From Nemertoderma westbladi (taxonomy: Eukaryota > Animalia > Xenacoelomorpha): a DNA stretch of 50,208 nucleotides. Below the pieces are notes generated by a model. The model was not told where the DNA came from. It made no database searches and worked only from the letters and a program-made list of their open reading frames with translations. The position numbers and the translations under genes are program-made. This document shows positions 33,424 through 46,650 of the stretch, piece after piece. Position 1 is the stretch's first letter; the number at the start of each line of letters is the position of its first letter. The stretch lies in the NCBI GenBank assembly GCA_032718475.1, contig JAUCBJ010000198.1:1-50208 (forward strand), given 5' to 3'.

Positions 33424-34729
33424 ATGACGGAGTTGATAGAAGATGTTCTTGGTATCGGGGAGCGATATACTCTACTTTTACAAGCGTTTGTTGATAGCTT
33501 AATACGTGGCGACGTTAGTCCAACTGCTGCGGAGGACGATGGTCGTTATATCGAACCGCCAATGTCCCAAGAGCAGCTCGCGCGCGAGTTGGACTATAGA
33601 AAATTCGCTGCTCGATATACGCAGCGTAATGGTACGTATATGGCCTTCTTAACTACTGGTCATCCTATCGATTTACACAATACGGACTATGTCGACTATA
33701 TATCCTGCCCAGCGGAGTCGGAACCATAAACTGAAATTCGAATGCGAAAATTCTATTCGAAATCGACTCGAAAGAAAAGACACTAAAGAAACAAATGGAC
33801 GCGGTAACTCCAACGTATATTTGGAATTCTTGATAGAAGCATTGTAACAACAAATAAATATCACCCGCGTTTACCCTACCAGACGTGCGTCTTTGGTATT
33901 ATTACGATAAATGCCCTAGACCCAACTAATAAACAGAAAGACATAAACATCCACGTAAACCGAAACTTGTTGACGTATCACCTATGCTCACTCGGCTCGA
34001 ACGATCCTGGAGTAAACCTACGATCAGAGTCCCGGAATACTCGGTCAAACCTCCTCATTCCTTAGTTGGACCTCAGACCTGCGATCCTGGTGGTGTCGCG
34101 GATCCTCGCGGACTGTATTCACTGTACAAAGATCTAGTGCTACCCTAACAATTAATCGGTAACACTCCGACAGTGATTTCTAGCTAGCCGCCCATCTTAT
34201 CTAGCCGGATTGTGACGCGGACACCTAATATCACTATCCAACCGTATGGTCGTCCACGTTTAACGCGATACAACACCTCATCAAGGTGAAGGAGAGCGTT
34301 GTACGAAACGAGTTAAACGCTATTCTATAAAGATCAAAAGGGAAACCTGCGTTTGTTCAGATAAACGTAAGTTATAACAGTAAGTCCAATCGATAAACGA
34401 ATTGGCCTTATCTCAATTCGATTGGGAAATCCAGAATCTCTAAGAAGTTATCGAACTTGGACGATCCTATTCTCTGCGAGAGTTTTGGATGAACGTATCC
34501 AGCTACGAGCGGAGGAAAATCAGCTCGAGGAGAAGCATATCGAAACGGCAGATACCTCGACCACAATCCTACACCTTCTGATGCAATCATATTGCACCCT
34601 TCACCCAGGAGTTATGGCCCTCCTAGTAAAGTGGCTCCCCCCAAAGAGAAAAAGACTCTTGCTAGCCTCAAAAAACTGCGTAAACGCCGTCTGCGTAAGA
34701 AAGACTAACTGTTTAGAGTATCTTTATGT
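33424..34729 (+). pseudogene. Possible decayed accessory ORF in the 3' region of element 2
   Basis: Protein-like open segments (MTELIEDVLG..., ...KKLRKRRLRKKD stop) in shifting frames; higher GC than the upstream spacer. Confidence 0.35.
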
Positions 34730-34786
34730 TTTAGAAACTGTGATTTTTATATTTTATAGACTGAAAATCCCATTTTCTGGGAGCGG

Positions 34787-35998
34787 TGTAAAAGCTTTTG
34801 CTGAATTGTCCGGTTATTTTTCCTTATTTTTCCCGTAAAATACTCTGTAGTTGGTTTACCAGGCATAAAAGGGCCGTGTCCTTGCTGTACTGGTGTTTTA
34901 GCGGACATAAAAGCTATTTCTTCTGTATTTGTACTTTAGAGGACATAATCCGTAATTCCGTGACGTAAAAGCTCGATACTCTTGAAAACAGTGTCGCTAC
35001 CATGACGACGGCTAGCAGCTGATATTGCCACGTCGACGTTTCTTTGTTTCTTTGTTCTCTCGTTGTTCAGGTTGACCAATCAGAGCGTTTGTTGTCTCTG
35101 TGTTGGAGGTGTATACAGAAACTCAGTAGTTCAGTGTTATGTTTTTGCCCAGAGCCTAAGAACCGGCTTTTGGCACCTCCGTGTTTTCAGTTTTTAGTCT
35201 TACACTAGTAGGCTTAATTATAAGGACATATATCCGTTATCTGCATACTGATGTCTGCATACTGCATACTGCATACTGCAGTACTGCATACACTGCATAC
35301 TGTGTAACACTGTGCATACTTTTATATTGTTATACTGCTATTTACTGTCAGTTCTTCATAATATGGTTGATGAATTATTATATTTGGAATAACGACAAAT
35401 AACCCCGAAAACCCAATATTCTTGATATACCTAAGATAAGAGAGAAAGGTTACAGATAAATGATTGCGACCTATGTTGAGTGGTTTGAAGTGAATCTAAT
35501 GTTATTTGATAGACCCTACATGATTCGGTCCGTGTTCCTTTTATATGTGACTAAAATCAGTGAAGATCGGCAGATCAGTGTGCAGTATTGTGCAGCATTG
35601 TGTATGAGTGAGACTGATAACGAAGCATTTCCTAAAGAATGCGCCATATATGTGAATTGTAACTAAGCCATATCGTTGTGAGTAGTTTAAGTCATAACTC
35701 TGTTTGTATAGATAGAGCGCCACGTCCTAAAGGAACTGTTAATATTTCCCGAAGGTGAATAATATTGTCAGAGATTATATAATACTGTCAGTCGAATAAT
35801 ACATTAGGCTTACATAGCAATAAAATTAAGCCGTCGAACCCAATCTCCCGGGTATATCCAGCGGGTGAATGATCGCGCACAGATTGGTTTCGACTAGTGT
35901 AGTGAATTAAATACTTGTCATAGACTAAAGGTGATTTATTATCTAGAAGACATCCTAATTTGGCGGGTTAAACTGCCAAAGGTCTAAAAGCGCGAACA
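34787..35998 (+). repeat. 3' LTR of element 2
   Basis: tgtaaaagc...cgcgaaca. Confidence 0.97.
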
Positions 35999-36003
35999 GT
36001 TAG

Positions 36004-38391
36004 GTTGCCCTTCTTGGGAACTGGCACCAACTTATTTGTTTTCATTTCTTGTGGGACTCTTGTTGTTCGGTACATGTCTACTATGATGGGATAGATGAGC
36101 TTTAAACACTCAGGTATTTTAAAGACCTCAGGGGGAACACCATCTACTCCACTGGCACGATTGGTCTTAATGCTCTTTGCAGCAGCCTTCACTTCTGTAA
36201 AGGAGATATCGCCAATGGGAATATCTGGGAGTACAGACTCAGACACTTTTACTTCTATAAAGTTATCAGGCAATACCCTGTCATTATTGAGGAGCTTTTC
36301 AAAGTGGGCTTTCCAACCATTGAGGCGATCGGCTGGTGATTCAGCCTTAACCTTGGTGGTTGGTTGGCTTTACCGCCCAGTAAGCAAATTGATCGATTTC
36401 CATGCCTGGGATGATTGCCTGTTGTCGTCAGCATCATTGATAGCATCAACCTGTTGGTTTATTAGCTCCTGTAGATTAACAGAGTACTGCCTGTTCAGGG
36501 ACCTAGATGCAGCCTTAACTGCATTCTTGGCCGCTGTAGTCTGTTTGAGTCGGGACTCTTTCTGCGCCTTATGAAGGTCATTTCGGCACTTCTGAATTTT
36601 GTTGTCAGTCCAGGGGGCCCTTTTCCTGTTTCGAGGGTATACAGGAACTGTTTCTGCAGCTGCTAACTTAACTGCTTCTGTAAAGGCAGTATAGCCCTCA
36701 CAGTGATCTGCCGCCTCAGAGGCAAGAGCCTCATACCTGTTGCTCAGCTGTAGTGTGAAGCTGGATCTCACACTTGGCTGTTGCAACAGAGAGGACCAGC
36801 CATGCCGCGGCAAGGCAGATTTCGTTGTTCTGCTAGCTCGCAGACTAAGTCTTACCTTGGACACAATAAGGCGGTGATCACTGGAGAAGGGTCGAAGTGT
36901 AAATGCATTAAAGTCTTGTATAGAGCTCCTGTATTTCCTACGAAACAGAATATGGTCTATCTGAGACTTGTGACCACTGGGTCCACTATGAGTCCATAGC
37001 TTTCCAGTTCGCTTCTTGAACTGGGTTCCAGCCGAAAATAATCCATTTCCAGAGATAAAATCCTGAAGATGGACAGAATTTCGGTTAACACTATTGCTAT
37101 ATACCCAGGGCGATGTAGGTAATTGATGCAGACTTGCATTAAAATCTCCCAGGAATGTTAAGAATGTATGCTGATCCACTCCATCAGTAGCTGCTTGTAG
37201 ATTGTGGTAGAAATTTTCCACCTCCTCTACAGGGGCAACACTAGTTGGAGAGTAGCACACAAGCAGAACCACTTTAGGAAACTTCTTAGCCAGTCTTCCA
37301 GAACATGAGAAGTGGCAACGGATGATGCGGTTAGAGATTTGGTCTATTTTGTCCAATGCTGCATGTACAGTTGGATTCATCAATAGACCAATTCCTCCAT
37401 TGCCACTATCATCTGCTGACGCGAGGGCGAGTCGCCAAACGCCCCCCATGTCCTTAATCAGAACCTCATCAGTCTGTCCAGTCTGCATTCGGTGCTCTTG
37501 AACACCCACTGCGCTAAGAGAAAGCTTATCTGCCAAGGCAGTCAGCTCACCTTGTCGCATTGGGGACCCGAGTGTTAGGGTGTTTACTGAGGCTAGTCTA
37601 GTTTCTTGCCTCAGATTCACCAATGGCTTTGTTGGTCGGGGTGGAACATGAGAGTAGACTCCAACTCCAGAATCCCTCTCCCCATCACAATCTGGCCTCC
37701 CTGGTGACCCAGGGTTTGGGCCAGAAAGGTCATCAGGAAAGGGACTCAAAGAATTGTTGGCTGCTCTCTCTCCAGTAGGGGGTGAGACAGGCAGCCGGTC
37801 AGGAGGTAACTGACGCCTGTGAGGCCGATTGTGTCCGGTAATTCCACTGGCCTCTAGTGGCCGGACCTCCGCATTGCTAATGTAATCCATAGTGGGGGTT
37901 GGGGGGTGCTTTTTTGCCGAGTCAGCTCTCGGGGCAAATACCACACCCTGGTTTGTCATTCCACAGGGTGGGTGTCGCAATGGAGTCAGATATGAGGCCC
38001 ATCACCCATATCTACTCTGGCGCACATGACCCACCATTGGCTGTTGCAGCTCATCTGCTGGGTCATGCCCTATACCCTTGCTGCCAGGTGCAGGTCGCAG
38101 TGAAGTGCTCTCAGAGTAGACATGAGAACACTCTACTCCTGACCAGCCATTGGTAGATCACCATCTGCCTGGTCAGGCCATATACCCCTGCAGCCAAGTA
38201 TATGGGTCCTTAATCTAGGACCAAGGGCGTCCTTATCCCAGAACGAAGGGGGTCCTAGTTACAGGACCAGATTTGCCCTAGTAAGAGGGAGGGTCTATGC
38301 AGCTACAGGTGGCACCTCCTTTATGCTGCATGGAGGTGGCAAGTTTTCTTGATCAATGACCTAGAATACCTGACCTGACCTGGACCTATAA
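36004..38391 (-). pseudogene. RTE-type LINE A, copy 2, 5' piece
   Basis: 536-aa endonuclease-containing ORF ends at a private nonsense change (AAA>TAA, 36370-36372); lacks the copy-1 lesions. Confidence 0.9.
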
Positions 38392-38664
38392 TACCTGCCT
38401 GTGAACAATCCTCAGTGTACCTTTGGGTTGGGGTGCAGATTAAGGGGGGGGGGGAGGGGATTGAAAGCGAGTGACTTTCCCCTCTTATGATTTATTTGGG
38501 GTTCGGTTAATTTCTTAAATACAGATTTTGTGTTAGAATTGCTCAATTTTAATTTGTATCTCATAAGTGAGCCTCGTGCTGCGCGAAGGCCCCACGAACG
38601 TGTCTTTACTGTTCAAATGTTTTCATTTTCCTAGTCAGTTTTCAGGTTGAGTCATTCTATAAGC

Positions 38665-38818
38665 ATAAATATTAATTACCAAAAGAAACAGAGTTAGGGT
38701 AAGTGTTGGGGTCTAAGTTAGACCCAAACACTAGAAACAGAGTTAGGGTAAGTGTTGGGGTCTGAGTTAGACCCAACCACTTACCCTAACTCTGTTTGTT
38801 TTGGTAATTAATATTTAT
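38665..38818. repeat. Long palindrome upstream of gene copy 2
   Basis: Paralog of 12732-12885. Confidence 0.9.
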
Positions 38819-38908
38819 ACAATGTTACCGCTGGTAATCGCTTACCGAATTATCTCTAATTTATTCTATAAACAAACTACAGTAGAGCCATCTGTATCAA
38901 CATTCAAC

Positions 38909-40357
38909 ATGAAAAAATACTTTAAATTATTTTTGATACTATATTTGATATTTATCTTATATGCCGTGGCCAATTTCGGCCTTGGGTCAGTCAGAGATCG
39001 CTATTCAATATCTCCAGATTCAAGCGAAAACAGGGGCAGGAGCGATATATACAACTTTGTTAAAAGGTACCCGACCATTCTCATGTGTCCATCCTCGGTC
39101 TTTTCCGAGCTGAGGAAAAACTACAAAGACGAAACAAATCTTGAGTCTATTGACTACTCTCAACCGGCATCCAATAACACTCATTCAGCTCGTATGACCC
39201 GTGCCATTCTGTTCTACTTACCACTGGAACTAGCCGACACTTATATATATCATTTCAAATGGGTTTATCGCAGCTGGATCGAAATGCAGAAAACAGAACC
39301 AGCACTCTGGCGTACTGACTTGATAATCTTTATCAGTATGGCACACCCAGAGGCGTTTCAGCGCAATGGCAGTGCTGAGTTCCTCACGAAAATGAACTGT
39401 TCATTCAAGAACTTACGTCTCTCGAAGGAGGAGAAGCCCATGTGTACGCTAATCGCGCATGAAAACCTATCATCACGTAAACTGTTGAGGCCAGGAAGGG
39501 AATTCCAGAGCAATAATCGTACCGAGAAGTACAAGTTTCTGCTCGATGGCCGTGTTGACATACTGTTGGATGATCCCGACAATTTGGCACCATTCTATAA
39601 CTTCGTCAAAAAACATATTCAATCTTACAGGTTCTTGCACTCAGTATTGGTGGCATTTGAAGGCTATGCGTACTTGAAGAGAGCCGGATATGACTTCGTC
39701 ATACGCAGTGACATGGACATCTTTTTGACGCCATTGTGTGGCCGGTGGTTGCCTGCTAAATGTGACGACTTCTATGTGGGACATGGTGGATATTCCGATA
39801 AGTTTAATGTTCGTCGGTTGGATAGAATTGCACACAATATTGGGTGGGAGACATCATCCCTGGAGAATATTGGCTCGACTTGGTACTCTACAGTAGACCA
39901 ATTTCGGTTGGTTTCATACTTGACCTTGTTTAGCATGGCCTATTTATCGGCCGAAGAGTTCACTGAGCCCGAGAAGTTAGAGAAACTTGGCACACAATTA
40001 TGGCCCTACTGGCACTATGGGGTTTTATCAATGTACGGTCAAAGTTTGGCCATTAATCACTTGATCGCCACGAAGCAACTCAACATTGTTCACTTAAAAG
40101 ATCAACTCGATGTTCCATCATCAACCAATATCTCTATACATAAAATCATTCATGTGCACTCATATCACAACGCTGAAATATTTTCTAAGTTCGCTTTCAG
40201 TTTAGGCGAGTATGATGAAATTGATTTGGACTCGAAGACACTCAAGAAAGAGGAAGATGTACCCATTTATGCATTGAAAATGGCAATGGAAGGAAAACGA
40301 ATGAAATACAAAGAGTTAACCAATTTGTTGGATCAAGTGATCTCGAATAAGCTCTAG
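38909..40357 (+). CDS. Second copy of the intronless DxD type II membrane protein
   Basis: Same as 12976-14424 apart from HPDAF>HPEAF and a synonymous change noticed by eye. Confidence 0.85.
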   Translation: MKKYFKLFLILYLIFILYAVANFGLGSVRDRYSISPDSSENRGRSDIYNFVKRYPTILMCPSSVFSELRKNYKDETNLESIDYSQPASNNTHSARMTRAILFYLPLELADTYIYHFKWVYRSWIEMQKTEPALWRTDLIIFISMAHPEAFQRNGSAEFLTKMNCSFKNLRLSKEEKPMCTLIAHENLSSRKLLRPGREFQSNNRTEKYKFLLDGRVDILLDDPDNLAPFYNFVKKHIQSYRFLHSVLVAFEGYAYLKRAGYDFVIRSDMDIFLTPLCGRWLPAKCDDFYVGHGGYSDKFNVRRLDRIAHNIGWETSSLENIGSTWYSTVDQFRLVSYLTLFSMAYLSAEEFTEPEKLEKLGTQLWPYWHYGVLSMYGQSLAINHLIATKQLNIVHLKDQLDVPSSTNISIHKIIHVHSYHNAEIFSKFAFSLGEYDEIDLDSKTLKKEEDVPIYALKMAMEGKRMKYKELTNLLDQVISNKL

Positions 40358-40363
40358 CAGTAG

Positions 40364-41010
40364 AGTGGCTGGTTGCGAGAAAAGGGACCTGGGGAAAAAA
40401 TGTTCATTCTGAGAAAAACGCGTTTAAAGTTTGGCTCTTAAAATGGACTGTTTTCATTGGTTTATTGGTCGTTATTGGGGTGTTTGCATTGGTTTATTGG
40501 TCGTTATTGGGTTTTATTAGAGCGAAATTCAAACTGCATTATACTATTAATAGTACTACGCACCGTATACACTTGTTTTTTTAGATTATCTTAGAATATC
40601 TGTAGCCTATTCGGTTAGTTATTGTACAAAAAATTAATACACTAAAAATTTAGAATTTATTATAGAAACTGAAGCAGAGTGGCTGAACCTATTAAATAAT
40701 AGGGTTTTCTAGGTCGCTGATCACGATAAAACTTGTTAAAAATATTTTATGGAAAAGCAACCATTATTTTTTGTGCTATTTTGGTCCCCCAGTATGAAAA
40801 GTACAAGTAAAAAAATGTCAAAATAAAAAAATTTGTGTTTGGTTTGATAATTCTGAACGTACGTGTTTTCGAGGTCGCTGATTACGATGAAACTAGTTAT
40901 AAATATTTCTGGTAATGCAAACCCAATTTTGGTGCTATTCTAGTGCCCCAGAACGAAAATTACAAGTAGCACAAACTTATAAACTGTCAAATTATGCCTT
41001 TGGTTTGGTG
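40364..41010. mobile_element. Left part of a diverged relative of the TIR element, right after the stop codon
   Basis: gtggctggttgcgagaaaagggacct...ttctgaga..a.cgcgtttaaagt resembles 18521-18588; no right TIR seen. Confidence 0.65.
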
Positions 41011-42742
41011 CGTTTAACTAAATTATTAGTAATAAATACAGGATCAACATACATAAGTCGATATTGTAATCGAATTTATTGGTGATTATTTGGAGTTATC
41101 AATGATCTACAGTCAGTTAACTAGAGACGGGCCTAGCGGCCCGTGAAGCATGTCGTAGGAGACAGTACGAGTCAAGTAAAAGCTTTTGTTCTGTCTGATA
41201 ATCAATTAGTGTGAGGGTAGTCCCGGTGGTGTACGATAAATTTTCTAGACAACTTAAAACTATAATTATTATGTTGTAATCATCTAATGAATTATAAAAG
41301 CTGTTGTGATTATAGAAGATAGAGAGAGCAGTTAGCGAAATGATTATTTTATTCTATCGGATAGAGTAGTCGGAGTCTCAGAGAGGAGTCGAGGTAGGTG
41401 TCAATTGATTAATAATAATAACAGCCGTTGTCATGAATTCAATACAATCGCGCACAAGAAGTGATAAGACAAATTCGTTCTTATTTGGTAATTACACACT
41501 AAAAACAATACAAGAATACATATGCACAGTGAATAACCAACACTTCACTAATTATTGTGAATTGGAGTTATTTACATGTATTGATTAGGTCAATAATTGT
41601 TCTTTATGTGTTAGCGCATTTGATCGTAAATGTTTGTATCCATAAATTCAATGTTATAAGATTATTATTCCCAATCATAAGTCCAGATAGGTGGGGTCAG
41701 AGTAAAACGCGGATCCGGATCCGGATTCTACATTTAACATTGTCGCTACGGAAGTCGATTTTTTTTACATTTGTATAACTCCTAAAAATAAAACTATAAC
41801 CTGTTCTATTGACTTTAGTTTATTGTTTTGGTTAAAATAACGTGCCACTGTAACCTGTTCCTTTCCCTTAATTGATAATTTGGAATCCGGATCCGGATCC
41901 GCGTTTTACACCTACCCACATAGGTGGGGAAACTGGACGCAATAAAAATCCACCCCTCTCCAAGGGAAATTCCACGCAAATAACCACTGATTACTCTCAA
42001 AAATAAAACTGTAACCTGTTCTATTGTGTTTAGTTTATTGTTTCGCCACGTTTGTCACGTGGCCACTGTAAACTGCTCCTTTCCCTAAATTGAGAATTTA
42101 ACATTGAGGCGGGATATTAATTCGCCAAGGCGGGTTTTGCGTCCAGTTTCCCCCCCTGTCTCGCTTGTGATACGATATGGGAACCACTATCTTGCTTGTT
42201 TTTAAGACCACTTGAAGCATAGATTTTAATAAATTAATAAACATCTCGTCATGAAAATCGACTAAATTCGCTTTTACAGAACTTTATCTTTAACATTAAC
42301 GTTACCAAGATAATAAATAACATCTTGAAAAAATCTGTACATCTGTGACGCTCCATAGAAGGTAAGAAGATTAGAAACCCTAAAGAGGAACTTCCTTGGA
42401 TAAGAATAAATGCTTTATGAAATATTTTATTAAAATTATTGATATGCCGGCTGTGAAATTTTTTTCCCATTATAAACAATTCTTGTCAACTCATCAATTC
42501 ATTCAATTCGTGTTCTATTCCGAATTCGAATAAATTTTTCGTGCAGTTTTTTTTTTAATCTCTAAATAATTATAATAATATAAATAATCTAATCTGAGTG
42601 ATTATTAAATAGGAAGATCAACTTGGCCGCCCAGTAGTGGCGGTTCTAGGGGGGGGGGGGGGGGGGGATAGAATACTGGTGGTTCCAAGTTTACCCCCCC
42701 CCCCCCCCCCAAAAAAAAAAAAAAATACTAGAACCGCCCCTG

Positions 42743-44577
42743 TGGCCTCCAATCGGCAGAACTTAATCCTAAGTTTATGTTCTATCTATTCTTGATAAAA
42801 GCAAAGCAAGTAATTTTTGTAAAAAGTTGGTTCTAAAAGGCTGTTTGGGCTAAATCTGTCTGGTATAATAAATTAATTATGACTAGGCTCATTGTGCATT
42901 TCATTGTAATGTTGTGATAGACATAAGAGCATATTGCTTAAGAGAACTATAGAGAAACCCACCACACAGCACAAATATCAGTTAAAAATTATAAAAATTA
43001 TAAAAGAGAGTTAAGTACAGAAGAGGCGATGTAGATTAATTAGCATATGCTGCATATGACGTTCCTATCCCGTCTGGCCTTATGGCAGCCCAGCACCATC
43101 TTCCAGTCCAAGCCCATTTGATGCGTGACCCACGAACGCAATGGGATGCGCATCGGATAAGGGCAAACTGTACTCGTGTCCTACTCTTACTGTCTTACTC
43201 GGGTAAATTGGTTAGCGTAAATTTGCGGGATTTCCGGCCTCGGGACCGGGATTATCACTCTCGGGATCCCGTCTGCGTAAAACTTAACTATAAATAAACT
43301 ACAGTAAACACTATATTACGTAACTAACGGTCCACAGTCAAATTATTCATAAACCACAATAATTACATACAAAATAATAAACTATCTTAATTCAATTTAA
43401 TACGATGCAGAGAGGTTCTAACCACGAAGACTATAACAGTCTACGAAACCAAGACTTCTCCATTTGGCTCAATATACAGTATATGCATTGCCTGTTTTGT
43501 CAAGTATATAAATATACCTTGCCTGTTTTGGCAAGTTTGTAAATATACCTTGCCTGTTTTGGCAAGTATGTAAATATTCATTGGCTGTTTTGGCAAGTAT
43601 ATAAATATACCTTGCCTGTTTTGGCAAGTATGTAAATATTCCTTGCCTGTTTTGGCTAGTATATAAATATACCTTGCCTGTTTTGGCAAGTTTGAAAATA
43701 TACCTTGCCTGTTTTGGCAAGTATGTAAATATTCCTTGCCTGTTTTGGCTAGTATATAAATATACCTTGCCTGTTTTGGCAAGTTTGTAAATATACCTTG
43801 CCTGTTTTGGCAAGTATGTAAATATTCCTTGCCTGCTTTGGGTAGTATATAAATATACCTTGCCTGTTTTGGCAAGTATGTAAATATTCCTTGCCTGCTT
43901 TGGGTAGTATATAAATATACCTTGCCTGTTTTGGCAAGTTTGAAAATATACCTTGCCTGTTTTGGCAAGTATGTAAATATTCCTTGCCTGTTTTGGCTAG
44001 TATATAAATATACCTTGCCTGTTTTGGCAAGTTTGTAAATATACCTTGCCTGTTTTGGCAAGTATGTAAATATTCCTTGCCTGCTTTGGGTAGTATATAA
44101 ATATACCTTGCCTGTTTTGGCAAGTATGTAAATATTCCTTGCCTGTTTTGGCTAGTATATAAATATACCTTGCCTGTTTTGGCAAGTTTGTAAATATACC
44201 TTGTATGTTTTGGCAAGTATATAAATACACCTTGCCTGTTTTGGCAAGTATATAAATATGCATTGCCTGTTCTGGTAAGTATTTGAATTTGATAGAGTAT
44301 ATTATAAATATGATGGAAACTTCCTGTAAGTTTCACGTGTAAGACAAATGTTGAATAAATTATAAAACAAAATATTATTTTATGGCTTTTCCCCTGGAGC
44401 AAAAAGAAGTAATGCAGGAGGAGTAAACGAAATTTAATATTGTCCTCTACTTAAAGTAATTTAATTGCCGTACTACTGTAATGAGAATTTCAAGGATTTT
44501 TTGAGTCAAGTTTTAATAATATGTGGCTGGCCACGAGAAAAGGGACCTTATGTCGCAAAACCTGATTCTGAGATAAT
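42743..44577. repeat. Tandem duplication unit, copy 3 (truncated)
   Basis: Collinear with 16356-18574; breaks ~57 nt into the TIR element. Confidence 0.92.
43481..44278. repeat. 31-bp minisatellite array 3
   Basis: About 26 units, with private ctgctttgggtagt variants. Confidence 0.95.
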
Positions 44578-45552
44578 TTGATCGTAAATGGTTGTATCCA
44601 TAAATTCAATGTTATAAGATTATTATTCCCAATCATAAGTCCAGATATAGGTGTGGAAACTGGACGCTATAAAAATTCACCCCTCTCCAAGGGAAATTCC
44701 ACACAAATAACCACTGATTACTCTCAAAAATAAAACTGTAACCTGTTCTATTGTGTTTAGTTTATTGTTTCGCCACGTTTGTCACGTGGCCACTGTAAAC
44801 TGCTCCTTTCCCTAAATTGAGAATTTAACATTGAGGCGGGGTATTAATTCGCTAGGATGGGATTGCGTCCAGCCCCCCCCCCCCCCCCCCCCCCCGTCTC
44901 CATTAAGTCACGTGTAAATCCTCCGGTCTGGCACAGACAATCGCAAAGAGCGCTCGGTTACCTTCAAAATGAAGGGCGCTTGAATGTATTGGTTTTATAT
45001 TCCCGTTTTTCCCTCCCAGTCTCAATCCGCTCATCTGTCTGCTTATTTCGTGACGACAATTTATCACTTATGTAATTCACTGGTGTAAACCGTCCCACGA
45101 GAATATGTTGTGTTTTCCTTTAGGAGAAACGTATTTTTACTTTATAATATTAAATATATGCCAATACTAAATCATGATACTATTAATATTATTAAAGGCT
45201 TCGCTTGAATCATTAGTTAGAAATATCGCCATACGGTAATTTTTTAATGGGTTAGGTAGGTTGTGAGCCGGCACACACGGGTCTAATTCTCAATAATGTT
45301 CAATTGTAGAGACCGATCTGGGTTTGGTGTCATTAAAAGCATTTCCAGTCGGCATATCAGCGATATTATTAATTCTAAATTCATTGATAATGTATGTATG
45401 TATGTATGACCCATACACATATAATCTTATAATCGCAATATATAATCTTGCCTATCAGCTATCACCTGACTGACTGCCTGGGCGCAGCTAAGTGTAGAGT
45501 GCTGTAGCATACAGAACAAGAACGGCATTGTTTACTTAGTGCAGTTGTTTAC

Positions 45553-46650
45553 TTAGCAGCCCTCCACATCCATCTCGAGGGTAAACTTGAGATTGGGATG
45601 GAGGTCATTGACCTCTCTCAGCTTCTCAGTGGGGTTGTTACTGCCAACGCTAAATACGTCATCGACATACCTATCACTAAGCTTAGTGCCCGCAGCGATC
45701 CTCTCATCGAACTTTGACAGAAAGATGTTGGCGAGTATGGGGCCCAAAGGAGACCCCATAGCGACACCATCTTTCTGTCTGGCAGACGTAGTTGCCATGG
45801 TGATCCAGGAATACGACTTCCTTGGTAGCCAACAGCATAAGACCAATAAATTGGTCCTTGCTGATTGGCTGGCCGTCAGGATGCCGCTCATACAGTAGAT
45901 CCGCAGCGAGCTGCACCGCCTCCCTCAGAGGGTCGTTAATGAATAAACTCACGACGTCCAGGGAGTAGAGGCGGTCCGTGGGTTCTACCTCAAGTTGGGC
46001 GAGACGATCGGCTGACCCAGTGCTGTTTGTAGATATCTTACCCTCGGGCAGCACATCCAACATATCTCTGAGAAATCCAGTAATAGGATGGTATATGCTG
46101 CCAGGCTAGGACGTAGCGGGACACCAGCCTTGTGGACTTTGGCGAGGCCATAAAGTCTAGGAGGAGTGGTATCCTTGCGAGGTAGTAACCTCGCTAAGAG
46201 TTCCTCATTATCCTTGCCCACAATGCTCCTGACCTCATCACGAATAACCTCTGACCTTTGTCGGCAAACATCTATCTTTACAGCACTGGACGACTGGGAG
46301 GGGGACCAAACTTAGTTGGGTCGGCGATGATCGCATCGGCCTTGGTGAGGTAAGACTCCTTCCTCATAATACAGTACCTGTTCCCTTTGTCGAACGGTAC
46401 AGCAATCAAACCCTGCTGCTTCAGATAACGTGCCGTTGTAGCAACAGCATCAGACTGCATCTGAAGACGCATTAACCGAGCGTAGTTCTGAGCATGGTGG
46501 GACACACTTACTTTGTCAGCCTCGGTGGTGTAGTGAAATAGTCGACCTGGGAGTAAAAGAGTGCGGTGTCAAACTTGGTTTTGACCGGATTCTTGGCCCC
46601 AGTCTGAGCACCGACTCAACAGTCTCAGGTAGGACTATTCCATCCTCACA
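45553..46650 (-). pseudogene. Penelope-like retroelement RT, frameshifted fragment
   Basis: VPFDKGN, PRLYGLAKVHKAGVPLRP, SLDVVSLF, GVAMGSPLGPILANIF, RYVDD, LHPNLKFTLE across several frames. Confidence 0.88.

Larger units (their letters stand above)
23827..35998 (+). mobile_element. Non-autonomous BEL/Pao LTR retrotransposon 2 (12.2 kb)
   Basis: 1212-bp TG...CA LTRs. 5-bp TSD GTTAG (23822-23826, 35999-36003); empty site at 10030-10034. PPT-like gggagcgg before the 3' LTR. Gag-protease ORF. Confidence 0.95.
16356..42742. repeat. Tandem segmental duplication unit, copy 2 (contains RTE-B and LTR element 2)
   Basis: Collinear with copy 1 once copy-specific insertions are removed. Confidence 0.95.

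Noticed and set aside
41127-41158. GC hairpin acgggcc-tagc-ggcccgt as a possible Helitron 3' end
   Set aside because: Followed by cgtag rather than CTRR; no matching 5' end or Rep/helicase; present in only one copy.
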